Source of the DNA: Nitrospira sp.
GTDB lineage: Bacteria; Nitrospirota; Nitrospiria; Nitrospirales; Nitrospiraceae
DNA length: 64,000 nt
Direction of reading: 5' to 3'
Assembly: GCA_018242685.1 (NCBI GenBank)
Contig: JAFEBM010000013.1
Coordinates: forward strand, 30,007 to 94,006
Below, one piece after another: positions 8,101 through 15,572 of this stretch; positions within the stretch are counted from its first letter, which is position 1; each line of letters starts with the position of its first letter. The notes under the pieces are model-generated. The model was not told where the DNA came from, did not search any database, and saw only the letters and a list, made by a program, of their open reading frames with translations. The position numbers and the translations under genes are program-made.

Positions 8101-9666
8101 TGCACGCAGATCCGAAATATGAGCCCAATAGGCCACGTCGTCCAGATAGTGCGATCCGGAATTAGCATAGTCGGTCCGGTGTTCTTTCATCATGATATTC
8201 GGTGGTGTGAGCGGATGCATATTACAAGTCGAGTTGATGGGGGCCGTCGGACTGCTTGTGTCGTTTCCTGAGCAGTGAACACCGTGAAGGCTGTGCGCGA
8301 AATCCTGTAAGAAGGAGGGAACTTTTGTATCTTGTTGCGAGTCTCCATCGGTGAAAATCACAACATAGGTCTTGCAACATGGCACCTGAGCGGATGGGCT
8401 GGCCCAGGCTGGTACATGGGCGCTCCCGAAGAAGAAGGGATCCCGCCCGCAGGCATCGGTGATATAGCCGGATCCGGATGGGCAGGTTTCTGTTCCCGTT
8501 AGGTCCTTTACCTCTCCAGCTCCCATCCCTCCTGCGCCGGCAGAACCCAGACCCACTCCAGGACTGAACGCAATGGGATAGACATATGAACTAGTGAAGA
8601 GAGAGGAGTTCACCTGCCCGATATAACGAGTGGCTTCGTAAAAGGTTTCTGCCATCGGCGTGTTGCCCTCGTTGAAGGTGTCTTCAATGGCCTTGATCAT
8701 TGCTGTCGTATTGTTGGAGAAAGTCGTCACGCTCGCGACATTCAGCTTTCGATATTGGAATGAGCCGATGGGCACCATCACTTGCCCGCCGTCATCTCCT
8801 TTGTATTCCATGAGACCGAAGCGGACCCGATTCCCGGTGTTCTGGATCACTCCTTGTGGTTCGGACGGTAACGCCACGGCAATCTTGAACCCTTGCTCCG
8901 CATAGCCATCGCTATCACCAGCATTACAGGCCGAAGCACTGGCGGAAGGCAACGTTGCGTCGTTATCTGTACAAAACCATCCCATCAGCGGTCCGGGAGC
9001 ACCTCCGTTCGTTCCGAACAGATGGAACCGAATACCCGTCGTGCCGGTTTCAATCGAATCGGGCACTCGGCCGTCCGATTGATTCACCCCTGATCCAACG
9101 GGCAACCGCGATGTGGAAATTTGAGAACCGCTCGGTTCAGCCTTGAGGTCATGCCCCTTGATCGTGACCATCGACGGATTGCCGGTCGGCGGGCAATTCC
9201 CGGTGGCATTTCTGGACACTGCACAGACTCCTCCGATCAGAGCAATCTTGGCCATGTCCAAACGACGCAAGGTAACCCAATTGAGCAAATTGCCGTCCCA
9301 TTCTGTAGACCCACACTTGGCATTGATACTGGCTTTCTTGCCGGAGACCGGTTCGAATCGCGTATCAGCAGGATCGTAGAGGTAACATTGCATGGGATCG
9401 AATAACCCGCCATAGCGAAAAGTTTCATCGAAGGTGGGACAAGCATCGTAGCCACCGCTCGATAGGCCGGATGAGAGAGTGCAATTGGCTCGTCGGCCCA
9501 TACTTCCTGAATTGTCTAGGATGATCAGCACATTCGGGGTGGCGACGCTCGATACGAACGGCGGTACGGCAGTATAGTCAGCGTTAGTTTGTGTCCAAGC
9601 ACTAGGTGGCAATAACAGCATCACCAGCGCCAGCAAACCGTACATGGCTCTAACGCGAGATTTCAT
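5188..9666 (-). CDS. pilY1: PilY1-like type IV pilus tip adhesin with N-terminal vWA domain
   Basis: ORF 5188..9684 starts at GTG; ATG at 9666 is preceded by AAGGAG and gives MKSRVRAMYGLLALVMLLLPPSAWTQ (signal peptide). vWA/MIDAS motifs VLIILDNSGSMG and VVIFTDGDS. Central and C-terminal PilY1/PilC-type region (VYVGANDGMLHAFN, GWGTILIGGFRMGG) with EF-hand-like loops. Lies directly after the minor pilin genes. Confidence 0.85.
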   Translation of the reverse strand: MKSRVRAMYGLLALVMLLLPPSAWTQTNADYTAVPPFVSSVATPNVLIILDNSGSMGRRANCTLSSGLSSGGYDACPTFDETFRYGGLFDPMQCYLYDPADTRFEPVSGKKASINAKCGSTEWDGNLLNWVTLRRLDMAKIALIGGVCAVSRNATGNCPPTGNPSMVTIKGHDLKAEPSGSQISTSRLPVGSGVNQSDGRVPDSIETGTTGIRFHLFGTNGGAPGPLMGWFCTDNDATLPSASASACNAGDSDGYAEQGFKIAVALPSEPQGVIQNTGNRVRFGLMEYKGDDGGQVMVPIGSFQYRKLNVASVTTFSNNTTAMIKAIEDTFNEGNTPMAETFYEATRYIGQVNSSLFTSSYVYPIAFSPGVGLGSAGAGGMGAGEVKDLTGTETCPSGSGYITDACGRDPFFFGSAHVPAWASPSAQVPCCKTYVVIFTDGDSQQDTKVPSFLQDFAHSLHGVHCSGNDTSSPTAPINSTCNMHPLTPPNIMMKEHRTDYANSGSHYLDDVAYWAHISDLRAPTVTAQVPGSGTVNTVWSGGRDLPGLQNITTYTFFAFSQMLNREFLMQTARQGGFEDKNGNGIPDNGLGVPSPCDEVDLSKPCEYDAIINLTGAPGRDNVPDTFFESSDVDFMQERLSAVIDQILAKSSSGTSISVLATSASGEGAIYQAYFFTNEIGKSGADVKWSGYTHALFIDAFGNFREDTVKDGVLDYTQDRIVTTRYDDNQASPTYQKVLVDKYEDINGDGVADSTTPTIQGADLKSIIPIWEAGKELALMSSASRRILTWVDGNNDGIVDPSEQIEFSTANCMTLKDYLRYAGDTCGGSSNAMNLINFIRGDEVTGLRTRMLEVPVGSGTYSVWKLGDPIHSTPTIVGAPRERYDLIYGDPTYNTFYRQYRNRRQVAYVGANDGMLHAFNAGYYHKGDDPTTSSVIEHGWFTRNPTDNSSGSKLGGELWAMIPQELLPQLQWLARPDYAHVYYVDLKPKVSDVRIFAPDADHPDGWGTILIGGFRMGGSCGNCMAGAGASPMTATIGGVPRTFYSAYFVLDITNPEVDPKLLWVFTDSGLGLTTSYPAVARVNPMDKPSTDKTNEKWFAIFGSGPNGYQADLPIPPLPGQPQTSKLYIVDLAAGPGTANTNVTAMSVGTWRSFVGHIITVDKDLDYRVDAAYMGRTIHDDTLPWRGKMYRLTTDGCATAPCSPNTWGIIDGGSRSPTEIIDTFYDAVAGTTVEVGPITAAPTATIDDSDKVWVFFGTGRYLANTDKVDNSQQHLYGIKDSVLSGSCTQTSMTSCHDDDLVDTTNAIVCLVCSSGTNQVTDPANTGVTTFNGTGTTSMIGLVASKAGWHVALPTSSGINAAERSVVNPTLIGGTVFFPTFVPTNDFCSPNGISYLYALFYKTGTAAMAPVIGATAVGGNVNISTKVSLGIGLASAMSVQIGSQGSGSQGLGSGGGGCSGGMTGAIQMSTGAASKPCTSAGDYYSRFVSWVHQRD

Positions 9667-9749
9667 GGTCAAGCTCCTTGTCACTCTCTCAATGGTGAGC
9701 GGGCTTCATCTTGTACCGTTAGCGAATCTTCAGACTCTGACCCCGTAGA

Positions 9750-10127
9750 TCATCCCGGTTGCGCGATTATGACCAACACAATCTGAAAATCCTTGACCAA
9801 GAATTGGACCAAGTTCCCCGGTTGTATGTCCTCGAGACTCGCCGTGCCTCCCATATCCCACTTCACGGAAACTTGAGGCGCAAGGCGGTATCTGTTTCCA
9901 TCAATGACGATGTCTTCCTGAGTCACTTTCGAGACGAGACCCATAGGCTGATCTGGGTTAATCAGACTCTTGGGCATCATTTGCCCCCAGGAGGATGGCG
10001 CCAGTCCAACAAATTGACCGAATCCCAGAACCACAACCGCTACTACACTCAGGAAAATTGAACGGGCTGGACTGGCACTTGTTTTTTTCGTCAGTGCTCT
10101 TGGAAGAGATTTCATTTGATGCCCCAT
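9750..10127 (-). CDS. Small signal-anchored protein of unknown function between pilX-like and pilY1
   Basis: ATG at 10127 is preceded by GGGAGGA. Hydrophobic segment IFLSVVAVVVLGFGQFVGLA. No prepilin G|FTLxE motif. Confidence 0.6.
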   Translation of the reverse strand: MGHQMKSLPRALTKKTSASPARSIFLSVVAVVVLGFGQFVGLAPSSWGQMMPKSLINPDQPMGLVSKVTQEDIVIDGNRYRLAPQVSVKWDMGGTASLEDIQPGNLVQFLVKDFQIVLVIIAQPG

Positions 10128-10148
10128 CTGTCCTCCCAGTCTCTGCTA

Positions 10149-10775
10149 CTAGTAGCTCCGCCGAGTACAACCATCTCCAGCCGCCAAGCAATCATAGACG
10201 GCGATCACGCGACTTGTTGTCCCAGTTGCGGCATTGCTCGCCGTGCAATCTACCCGGTAGAACATATCTACGGATGAGGCCCCAGTTCCCGTTCCTTCAT
10301 AGCCTGCGGCGATGCTCGAGGTGCCGCCGGCTTTCTGCTTCCGAAATTGGAAATCGATGTCGCCGTTCACATCGTAGTTGTTTACCTTCATAACCAAATT
10401 GGGACTTTTCACGCTGCCGACGGCCACATCAGGGTTATTCGCCAATGTTCCATTGATCTCTTGCCCAAGAAAAGCCGCGTTGATCGCAGGGACCGGCCCC
10501 CCCTGGGAATCGACAAAAGCGGCCGGTACCGTTCCAAGATCAATGCCTTGTTGAATGATATTTACCGACATCCCCACGCAGGATTCAGCCGCATCGGTGC
10601 CCTCCTCCACCATACGCATGGCGCCGGCCGTCGAATTTTCCAGACCGGTCATCGTTAGTGCTGCAACACCCAGCGCTCCGACCATGAGCATGATCATCAT
10701 GACCGTTATGAATGACACCCCGTGTTCATCTAGCGCTCTCCTCCTCAGCCGTTCCAATCTGCCACATGACTTCAT
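10149..10775 (-). CDS. PilX/GspK-like minor pilin (module 1), lacks Glu5
   Basis: N-terminus MKSCGRLERLRRRALDEHG|VSFITVMMIMLMVGALGVAAL (PilX_N-like, no Glu at +5). Its ATG sits 2 nt after the stop of the upstream pilW-like ORF. Confidence 0.7.
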   Translation of the reverse strand: MKSCGRLERLRRRALDEHGVSFITVMMIMLMVGALGVAALTMTGLENSTAGAMRMVEEGTDAAESCVGMSVNIIQQGIDLGTVPAAFVDSQGGPVPAINAAFLGQEINGTLANNPDVAVGSVKSPNLVMKVNNYDVNGDIDFQFRKQKAGGTSSIAAGYEGTGTGASSVDMFYRVDCTASNAATGTTSRVIAVYDCLAAGDGCTRRSY

Positions 10776-10777
10776 CG

Positions 10778-11992
10778 TTAGTACCTCTGGTTTCTGAGTT
10801 CGACTGTCCTGGTCAGAATTCGTCTCCTAAACTGTAGATAGGCTTGTTGCTGAGCCGGTGTGCTGTTATCACCGAGGGTAAATACCCCGTTCGCATGATT
10901 ATGATCGCTGATCGTGGGGATCGTATTGGTGTTTTGCACAAGAGTCGACATTCCTTCGCCAGTTCCTTGATCGGTCCTGGTTTGCCTTGCCACGATGTTG
11001 ACCTGAACCATGCGGAGTTTGTTGGTCGTCATGGCGTTGCTTGGAGGAAGAAACCAATTGATGTTGGTCAGAAAATCTCCCTGATCGAATGAGTTCGACC
11101 CATTCATATCGTCAATGGCACCGTCTGGCATTCCAGAGCCGACGTTGACGTTGCAGCCATCGCAGGCGTAGGCCAGTTGGAGGTCTTCTACGCCATCCAT
11201 GATGGGCACGCAGGCATTACCGGGATTGTTGCAGTTCGGCGGTCCACCAACCCCGGCGGGGGCTACTCCCCTGACCAAACAAGGCGCGTTCCCTTGACAG
11301 AGGTTGAGAGCGTCCGGAGGAGGAATCACTTGATAAGTAATGCATTGCAGTAGATAAACTTGTGTACCGGTTCCAAATGTCGTAGGTGCGGGGATGGCAG
11401 GATTAAGAGTTAGGCTGGCAGGAGCCACTCCCGCAATTCGTGAACCTGCCACACCCCCTATCGTCACTGACATCCCGGCAAGCGCTGTTCCACCCGGGAT
11501 TGCAGTCGCCATGCCGGTCGTCGCGTTATTGACCAATGGAAGCGTAGCAATCGGACCGCTAAGGGTTCCAGGCGCCGGCGGAAAAAGCTGCCAGACCGGG
11601 CCTACAGCGGCAATTGAATTCGTCATCGGTACAACCATCGAGATCGAATCTGGCCCAGAGTCTGCGCCACCAGGGGTATTGTCGTTTGGAATCAGAGCCG
11701 CAGGTGTTCCATTCACCATGCAATTGCCGACTGGCCCGCCCAGCAGCCCCTGCATGCCGAAGCCAGCGAGTTTTAAATCAGCGGTGATCATATCGAGGCC
11801 GGTTCTCGCAGTCGCCTGAGTATTCACCACTTGATTGGTTATTCTCGCCGTCTTTTGAGTGACCGTGAGGGCACCTAAGCCCGCCGCGATGATCGCTGTG
11901 GTCATCATGGTAGCAACCATGATCTCAGTAAGTGTAAATCCACGCTGGTTAACTATGATCGGATTGGGAAATTGAATCATGCATACACCCAT
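10778..11992 (-). CDS. PilW/GspJ-like minor pilin (module 1)
   Basis: Class III signal NQRG|FTLTEIMVATMM; 404 aa. An alternative ATG at 11980 is possible. Confidence 0.75.
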   Translation of the reverse strand: MGVCMIQFPNPIIVNQRGFTLTEIMVATMMTTAIIAAGLGALTVTQKTARITNQVVNTQATARTGLDMITADLKLAGFGMQGLLGGPVGNCMVNGTPAALIPNDNTPGGADSGPDSISMVVPMTNSIAAVGPVWQLFPPAPGTLSGPIATLPLVNNATTGMATAIPGGTALAGMSVTIGGVAGSRIAGVAPASLTLNPAIPAPTTFGTGTQVYLLQCITYQVIPPPDALNLCQGNAPCLVRGVAPAGVGGPPNCNNPGNACVPIMDGVEDLQLAYACDGCNVNVGSGMPDGAIDDMNGSNSFDQGDFLTNINWFLPPSNAMTTNKLRMVQVNIVARQTRTDQGTGEGMSTLVQNTNTIPTISDHNHANGVFTLGDNSTPAQQQAYLQFRRRILTRTVELRNQRY

Positions 11993-12013
11993 GCGTTACT
12001 CATCAGTTTCCAA

Positions 12014-12526
12014 TCATTCAGGAACGAGCGTCGTCTGAAAAGTGACGGTCCTAAGCCGTTGACCGGCGCCACGATCGTTCCATTGCACCTGCACAACAAC
12101 CTGTCTGGCCCCCAATGAAGGATTGGCTGGAATGGCATTGGTGACCTGGACTAGCCCCTGGACATTGTTGAGATTCGACGCCAGCACCAAGGTGCGCCAT
12201 TGTGCGCAGTCACCCTGGACCACTCGGACGATATTTACAGGGGTGGAGTTTGTGACACCGACTGGCGGTGGAGCTGGGACCGCGGCACAATTTCCCGGAC
12301 CAAGTGTTTGGATGTTGTGGTATCCCCAGGCGTACTGCCGATTGGCTTGAATGCGTTCCATCATATCTGAAGCGATGTTCGTGACAAGCGACAGATCATT
12401 GGCATCGACATTCTTGGTAAAGGCCATGCCCTGCATCGCCGCCATTCCCATCACGCCGACACCTAAAATCGCGGCCGATACCAAGACTTCCACGAGCGTG
12501 AAACCCTTTTCATCTGTGCGCTTCAT
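12014..12526 (-). CDS. PilV/GspI-like minor pilin (module 1)
   Basis: MKRTDEKG|FTLVEVLVSAAILGVG prepilin-type N-terminus. Confidence 0.75.
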   Translation of the reverse strand: MKRTDEKGFTLVEVLVSAAILGVGVMGMAAMQGMAFTKNVDANDLSLVTNIASDMMERIQANRQYAWGYHNIQTLGPGNCAAVPAPPPVGVTNSTPVNIVRVVQGDCAQWRTLVLASNLNNVQGLVQVTNAIPANPSLGARQVVVQVQWNDRGAGQRLRTVTFQTTLVPE

Positions 12527-12545
12527 CTCGTCACCTGCTTTCTCT

Positions 12546-13055
12546 CTACTGGTTCCGAATACATGGATCGATTTGCTGGGTGCACCAGGTGACCTTGCCG
12601 GACGGAGCCAGCGAGATCGAATAGATCAGACTAGGGTCGCGGACGCTTTGTAGCTGAATCGTCTTAGGCGGGCCAGGGATCGTGCTTAATCCTCGCGGCG
12701 TAAACCCGATCGGCGTAGCCGGCAGCGGCAAAACAAAGGTCACGTTAAGCGGCAATGTCTCGACGCCCAGAGGAGCAGTAAATGTGACTTGGCTCTGGGC
12801 TCCCGGTACATTGACGGGTGTCGCCACGATCATCGCGTTGCGGCTGATGGCCGCCGAACGAGCAAACACAAGTCTGTTATATAGGCTCGTGGTCGTTTGG
12901 TAGAGTTCATGGCGAGCATACATCATCGTGAAATTAGGAACGGCCAAAGCGGCTGTAATCCCAATGATGACCGTGACGATCATAATCTCCAGTAATGTAA
13001 ATCCCTGTTGGTTTTTCTCCGCCCCTCGGAAGGCCGTTTGTTTTTGATTCAACAT
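12546..13055 (-). CDS. FimT/FimU/GspH-like minor pilin (module 1)
   Basis: ORF 12546..13082. The ATG at 13055 has an AGAGG Shine-Dalgarno and gives leader MLNQKQTAFRGAEKNQQG|FTLLEIMIVTVIIGI. Confidence 0.75.
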   Translation of the reverse strand: MLNQKQTAFRGAEKNQQGFTLLEIMIVTVIIGITAALAVPNFTMMYARHELYQTTTSLYNRLVFARSAAISRNAMIVATPVNVPGAQSQVTFTAPLGVETLPLNVTFVLPLPATPIGFTPRGLSTIPGPPKTIQLQSVRDPSLIYSISLAPSGKVTWCTQQIDPCIRNQ

Positions 13056-13330
13056 AGCGCCTCTTGATCGAGCAAAGGGCATGCCGTTCTAGGCAAAACG
13101 TTCCTCCCATCTAACCTCTTGATTTGGTGGAATTCGTCCTTTGCCTAGGCCGAACGATTGCGGCCATTTTTCGCGCCGACGCACGACAATTTTCGGCGAG
13201 GACCCTGTATTGTTTCGTACAGGAGTGCGGTGCGTCTAGGTATTATTCAGATAGGACTCGCTGCCGTAGACAACGGAGAGTTGAGACAACGCATGGACGA
13301 TCGTGCAGGCTTTAGTTTGTAAGGAATTAC

Positions 13331-13651
13331 ATGGAACGAAATTCTCGAAAGCTTCAGCGGTTTGCCGTCCAGCTTCCTTGCCAATTGTTGAACAATACAA
13401 ACAAGTCGGACGGAACTGTCTTGAACCTATCGGCACAGGGATGTGCCATGACAGCGGAGCACCTTCCGTTTGTCTCAACCTACGTTTCGTTGGATATTGA
13501 GCTTTTCAATGGCGAGGAGCCGGCTAACATCGAATTGGCCGGAGTACGTTGGGTTTCCGAGTACCGATGTGGGCTGGAATTCATCCTCGTTCGACCGGAT
13601 ATGCTGGTAAAATTGAAAGCTTTCGTATTGATGCTGGAGCAGACCGCCTAG
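13331..13651 (+). CDS. Single-domain PilZ (c-di-GMP binding) protein
   Basis: RKLQR (RxxxR, 13346..13360) followed 21 residues later by NLSAQG ([DN]xSxxG, 13424..13441). 106 aa; AAGGA RBS. Convergent with pilB. Confidence 0.7.
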   Translation: MERNSRKLQRFAVQLPCQLLNNTNKSDGTVLNLSAQGCAMTAEHLPFVSTYVSLDIELFNGEEPANIELAGVRWVSEYRCGLEFILVRPDMLVKLKAFVLMLEQTA

Positions 13652-13656
13652 CGAGG

Positions 13657-15483
13657 CTACTTTATCGCAACGGCTCGGACTTGCCGATAGGTCGTCAGAC
13701 CTTTCAGAACTTTCTGGATACCATTCTGCAGCAGGGTGACCATTCCATCCCGCATCGCCACACTGAGAATTTCGGCTGTCCTCGCCCTCGCTTGGATCAG
13801 ATTCTTAATTTCTTCCGATCCCACTAGGAGTTCGTGCAGTGCCACCCGTCCCTTGAACCCACTGTGATTGCAAGCGTCGCAACCCCTTCCACGATAGAGC
13901 ATCAAGTCATCGGTGTACATGACCTCCAACTTCTCCCAATATCGTGCTCCATAGCCCAGTACGAGTTCGTCATATTCCTGTTGCGTTGGGTGGTAACTTT
14001 CTTTGCAATGGAGGCAAATGCGTTTACAGAGACGCATCGCGAGTATTCCCAACACCGCATCCGCAAAGTTAAACGAGTCACACCCCATATCCAGCAATCG
14101 AGTGACTGTTTCTACTGCGCTGTTGGTATGGAGCGTGCTCATCACCAGATGACCAGTGAGCGATGCTTCTATCGCGATATCAGCCGTTTCCTTGTCTCGC
14201 ATCTCCCCGATCATAATCACGTCCGGGTCGGCCCGAAGGAATGCGCGCATCGCTGCGGCAAAGGTGAATCCGCTTTTCGGATGCACCTGAACTTGCCTCA
14301 GACCTTCCTGAGTGATCTCGATGGGATCCTCGGCCGTCCATATTTTGCGTTCATCGGTGTTGATGTGTTTCATCACAGCGTGCAGCGTGGTGGTCTTCCC
14401 AGACCCAGTGGGTCCGACGCAGAGGAAAATTCCGTGAGGATGTTCGGACAGTTCTCGGACGGTTTGGAGGACATCCGGAGAGAAGTCCATCGCCTCTAAA
14501 GGCATGGTGTCCTTTGCCGTTAGAAGACGCAGCACCACATCTTCGTTGTTTCCTGCGGTGGGCAATGTGGCGACGCGCAGTTCGATTTCTCGGTCCTTCG
14601 CCAATTTGTAGCGGATCTTTCCATCTTGAGGTTTTCGCCGTTCGGCAATGTCTAAGTTGGCCATAATCTTGAGACGCGACACGATCGCACGACGGTAGAC
14701 GGCTGGAATTCTCATGTAGGTGAAACAACTCCCATCGACACGGAACCGTACCGCCGTCTCTTTGCGATCCGAGTAGGGTTCAATATGGACATCAGAAGCC
14801 CCTAGTCGATACGCCTCGGCGATCACCTGGTTTGCGAGGCGCACAATGGCCGAATCGTTTTCATCGATCTCTCCCGGCTCAGCCTCGCCGTTTCGTTCGA
14901 TGCCCGCTTCGTCGACGAGTTCTCCGAGAATTTCAGTTATCGATCCGCCGTTGGCCTGCCCTGTTGCGACAAGGAGATATTGTTCGATGTCCCGCCGAAG
15001 TCCGACGGAGAAGCGTATCGTCGTACCAGGAAACGCGCGTCGTATATCGAAGCCTTTCTCCAGATCGTGCGGATCATTAATGACAATGTCGAGAACAGTT
15101 CCCTGTCGTTTTAACGGAACCCAGGCGCTCCTTCTGAGGTAATCGAAACTGAGGTTTTTCAAGAGATCCGGGTCGATGACGGTTCGTTCATCATAAGAGA
15201 CGTAGGGGCATTGGTAAAACTCGCTGAGCGCCGATCCGAGTGCGGACTTCGGCACGCGATACTTATCGAGCAAGAGGGTTTCCAGATCAATTTCCCGAGA
15301 TAGAGATTCTTCTATTGCAGCATCGAGATCCGCCTGCTTGATAAGTCCGCGATAGGCGATACAGTCTAAAAGGCTACGCCCCATCGTCATTTTGCGAGGG
15401 TGTTTGGCCATCGACGACTTTTTCAGACTGGCTACCGAGAGGATCTGCCGTTTGTGATGTGTTTCAACGCCTTGCGAAATCAT
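13657..15483 (-). CDS. pilB: Type IV pilus assembly ATPase PilB (GspE/PilB family)
   Basis: Walker A GPTGSGKTTTL, IMIGEMRD, GHLVMSTLHTN. Tetracysteine motif CKRICLHC...CDACNHSGFKGR. N-terminal T2SSE_N-like region. Start uncertain (ATG at 15483 or 15411). Confidence 0.9.
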   Translation of the reverse strand: MISQGVETHHKRQILSVASLKKSSMAKHPRKMTMGRSLLDCIAYRGLIKQADLDAAIEESLSREIDLETLLLDKYRVPKSALGSALSEFYQCPYVSYDERTVIDPDLLKNLSFDYLRRSAWVPLKRQGTVLDIVINDPHDLEKGFDIRRAFPGTTIRFSVGLRRDIEQYLLVATGQANGGSITEILGELVDEAGIERNGEAEPGEIDENDSAIVRLANQVIAEAYRLGASDVHIEPYSDRKETAVRFRVDGSCFTYMRIPAVYRRAIVSRLKIMANLDIAERRKPQDGKIRYKLAKDREIELRVATLPTAGNNEDVVLRLLTAKDTMPLEAMDFSPDVLQTVRELSEHPHGIFLCVGPTGSGKTTTLHAVMKHINTDERKIWTAEDPIEITQEGLRQVQVHPKSGFTFAAAMRAFLRADPDVIMIGEMRDKETADIAIEASLTGHLVMSTLHTNSAVETVTRLLDMGCDSFNFADAVLGILAMRLCKRICLHCKESYHPTQQEYDELVLGYGARYWEKLEVMYTDDLMLYRGRGCDACNHSGFKGRVALHELLVGSEEIKNLIQARARTAEILSVAMRDGMVTLLQNGIQKVLKGLTTYRQVRAVAIK

Positions 15484-15572
15484 TCGATCTCATCCTTTCT
15501 CATCGACAATAAGAAGTTGTTTTTATGTGATACTCTCCTTCACTCTGCTATCGTTCGATCTTCGTCTATGGC

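Noticed and set aside
10497-10503. C7/G7 homopolymer in the PilX-like gene (and C6 runs at 7940..7945 and 19246..19251) as possible phase-variation tracts
   Set aside because: The tracts are short (7 nt or less) and in frame in the present sequence. That is below the length usually associated with slipped-strand switching.
13083-13330. Possible c-di-GMP (GEMM) riboswitch or sigma-54 promoter upstream of minor-pilin module 1
   Set aside because: I read both strands. There is no GEMM-like conserved core and no TGGCAC-N5-TTGC element. I found only small hairpins and a 9-bp inverted repeat (CTAGGCAAA / TTTGCCTAG) around the RBS region, which is insufficient for a call.
13834-14499. 221-aa ORF antisense to pilB
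   Set aside because: It lies inside the ATPase core of pilB and has no motifs.
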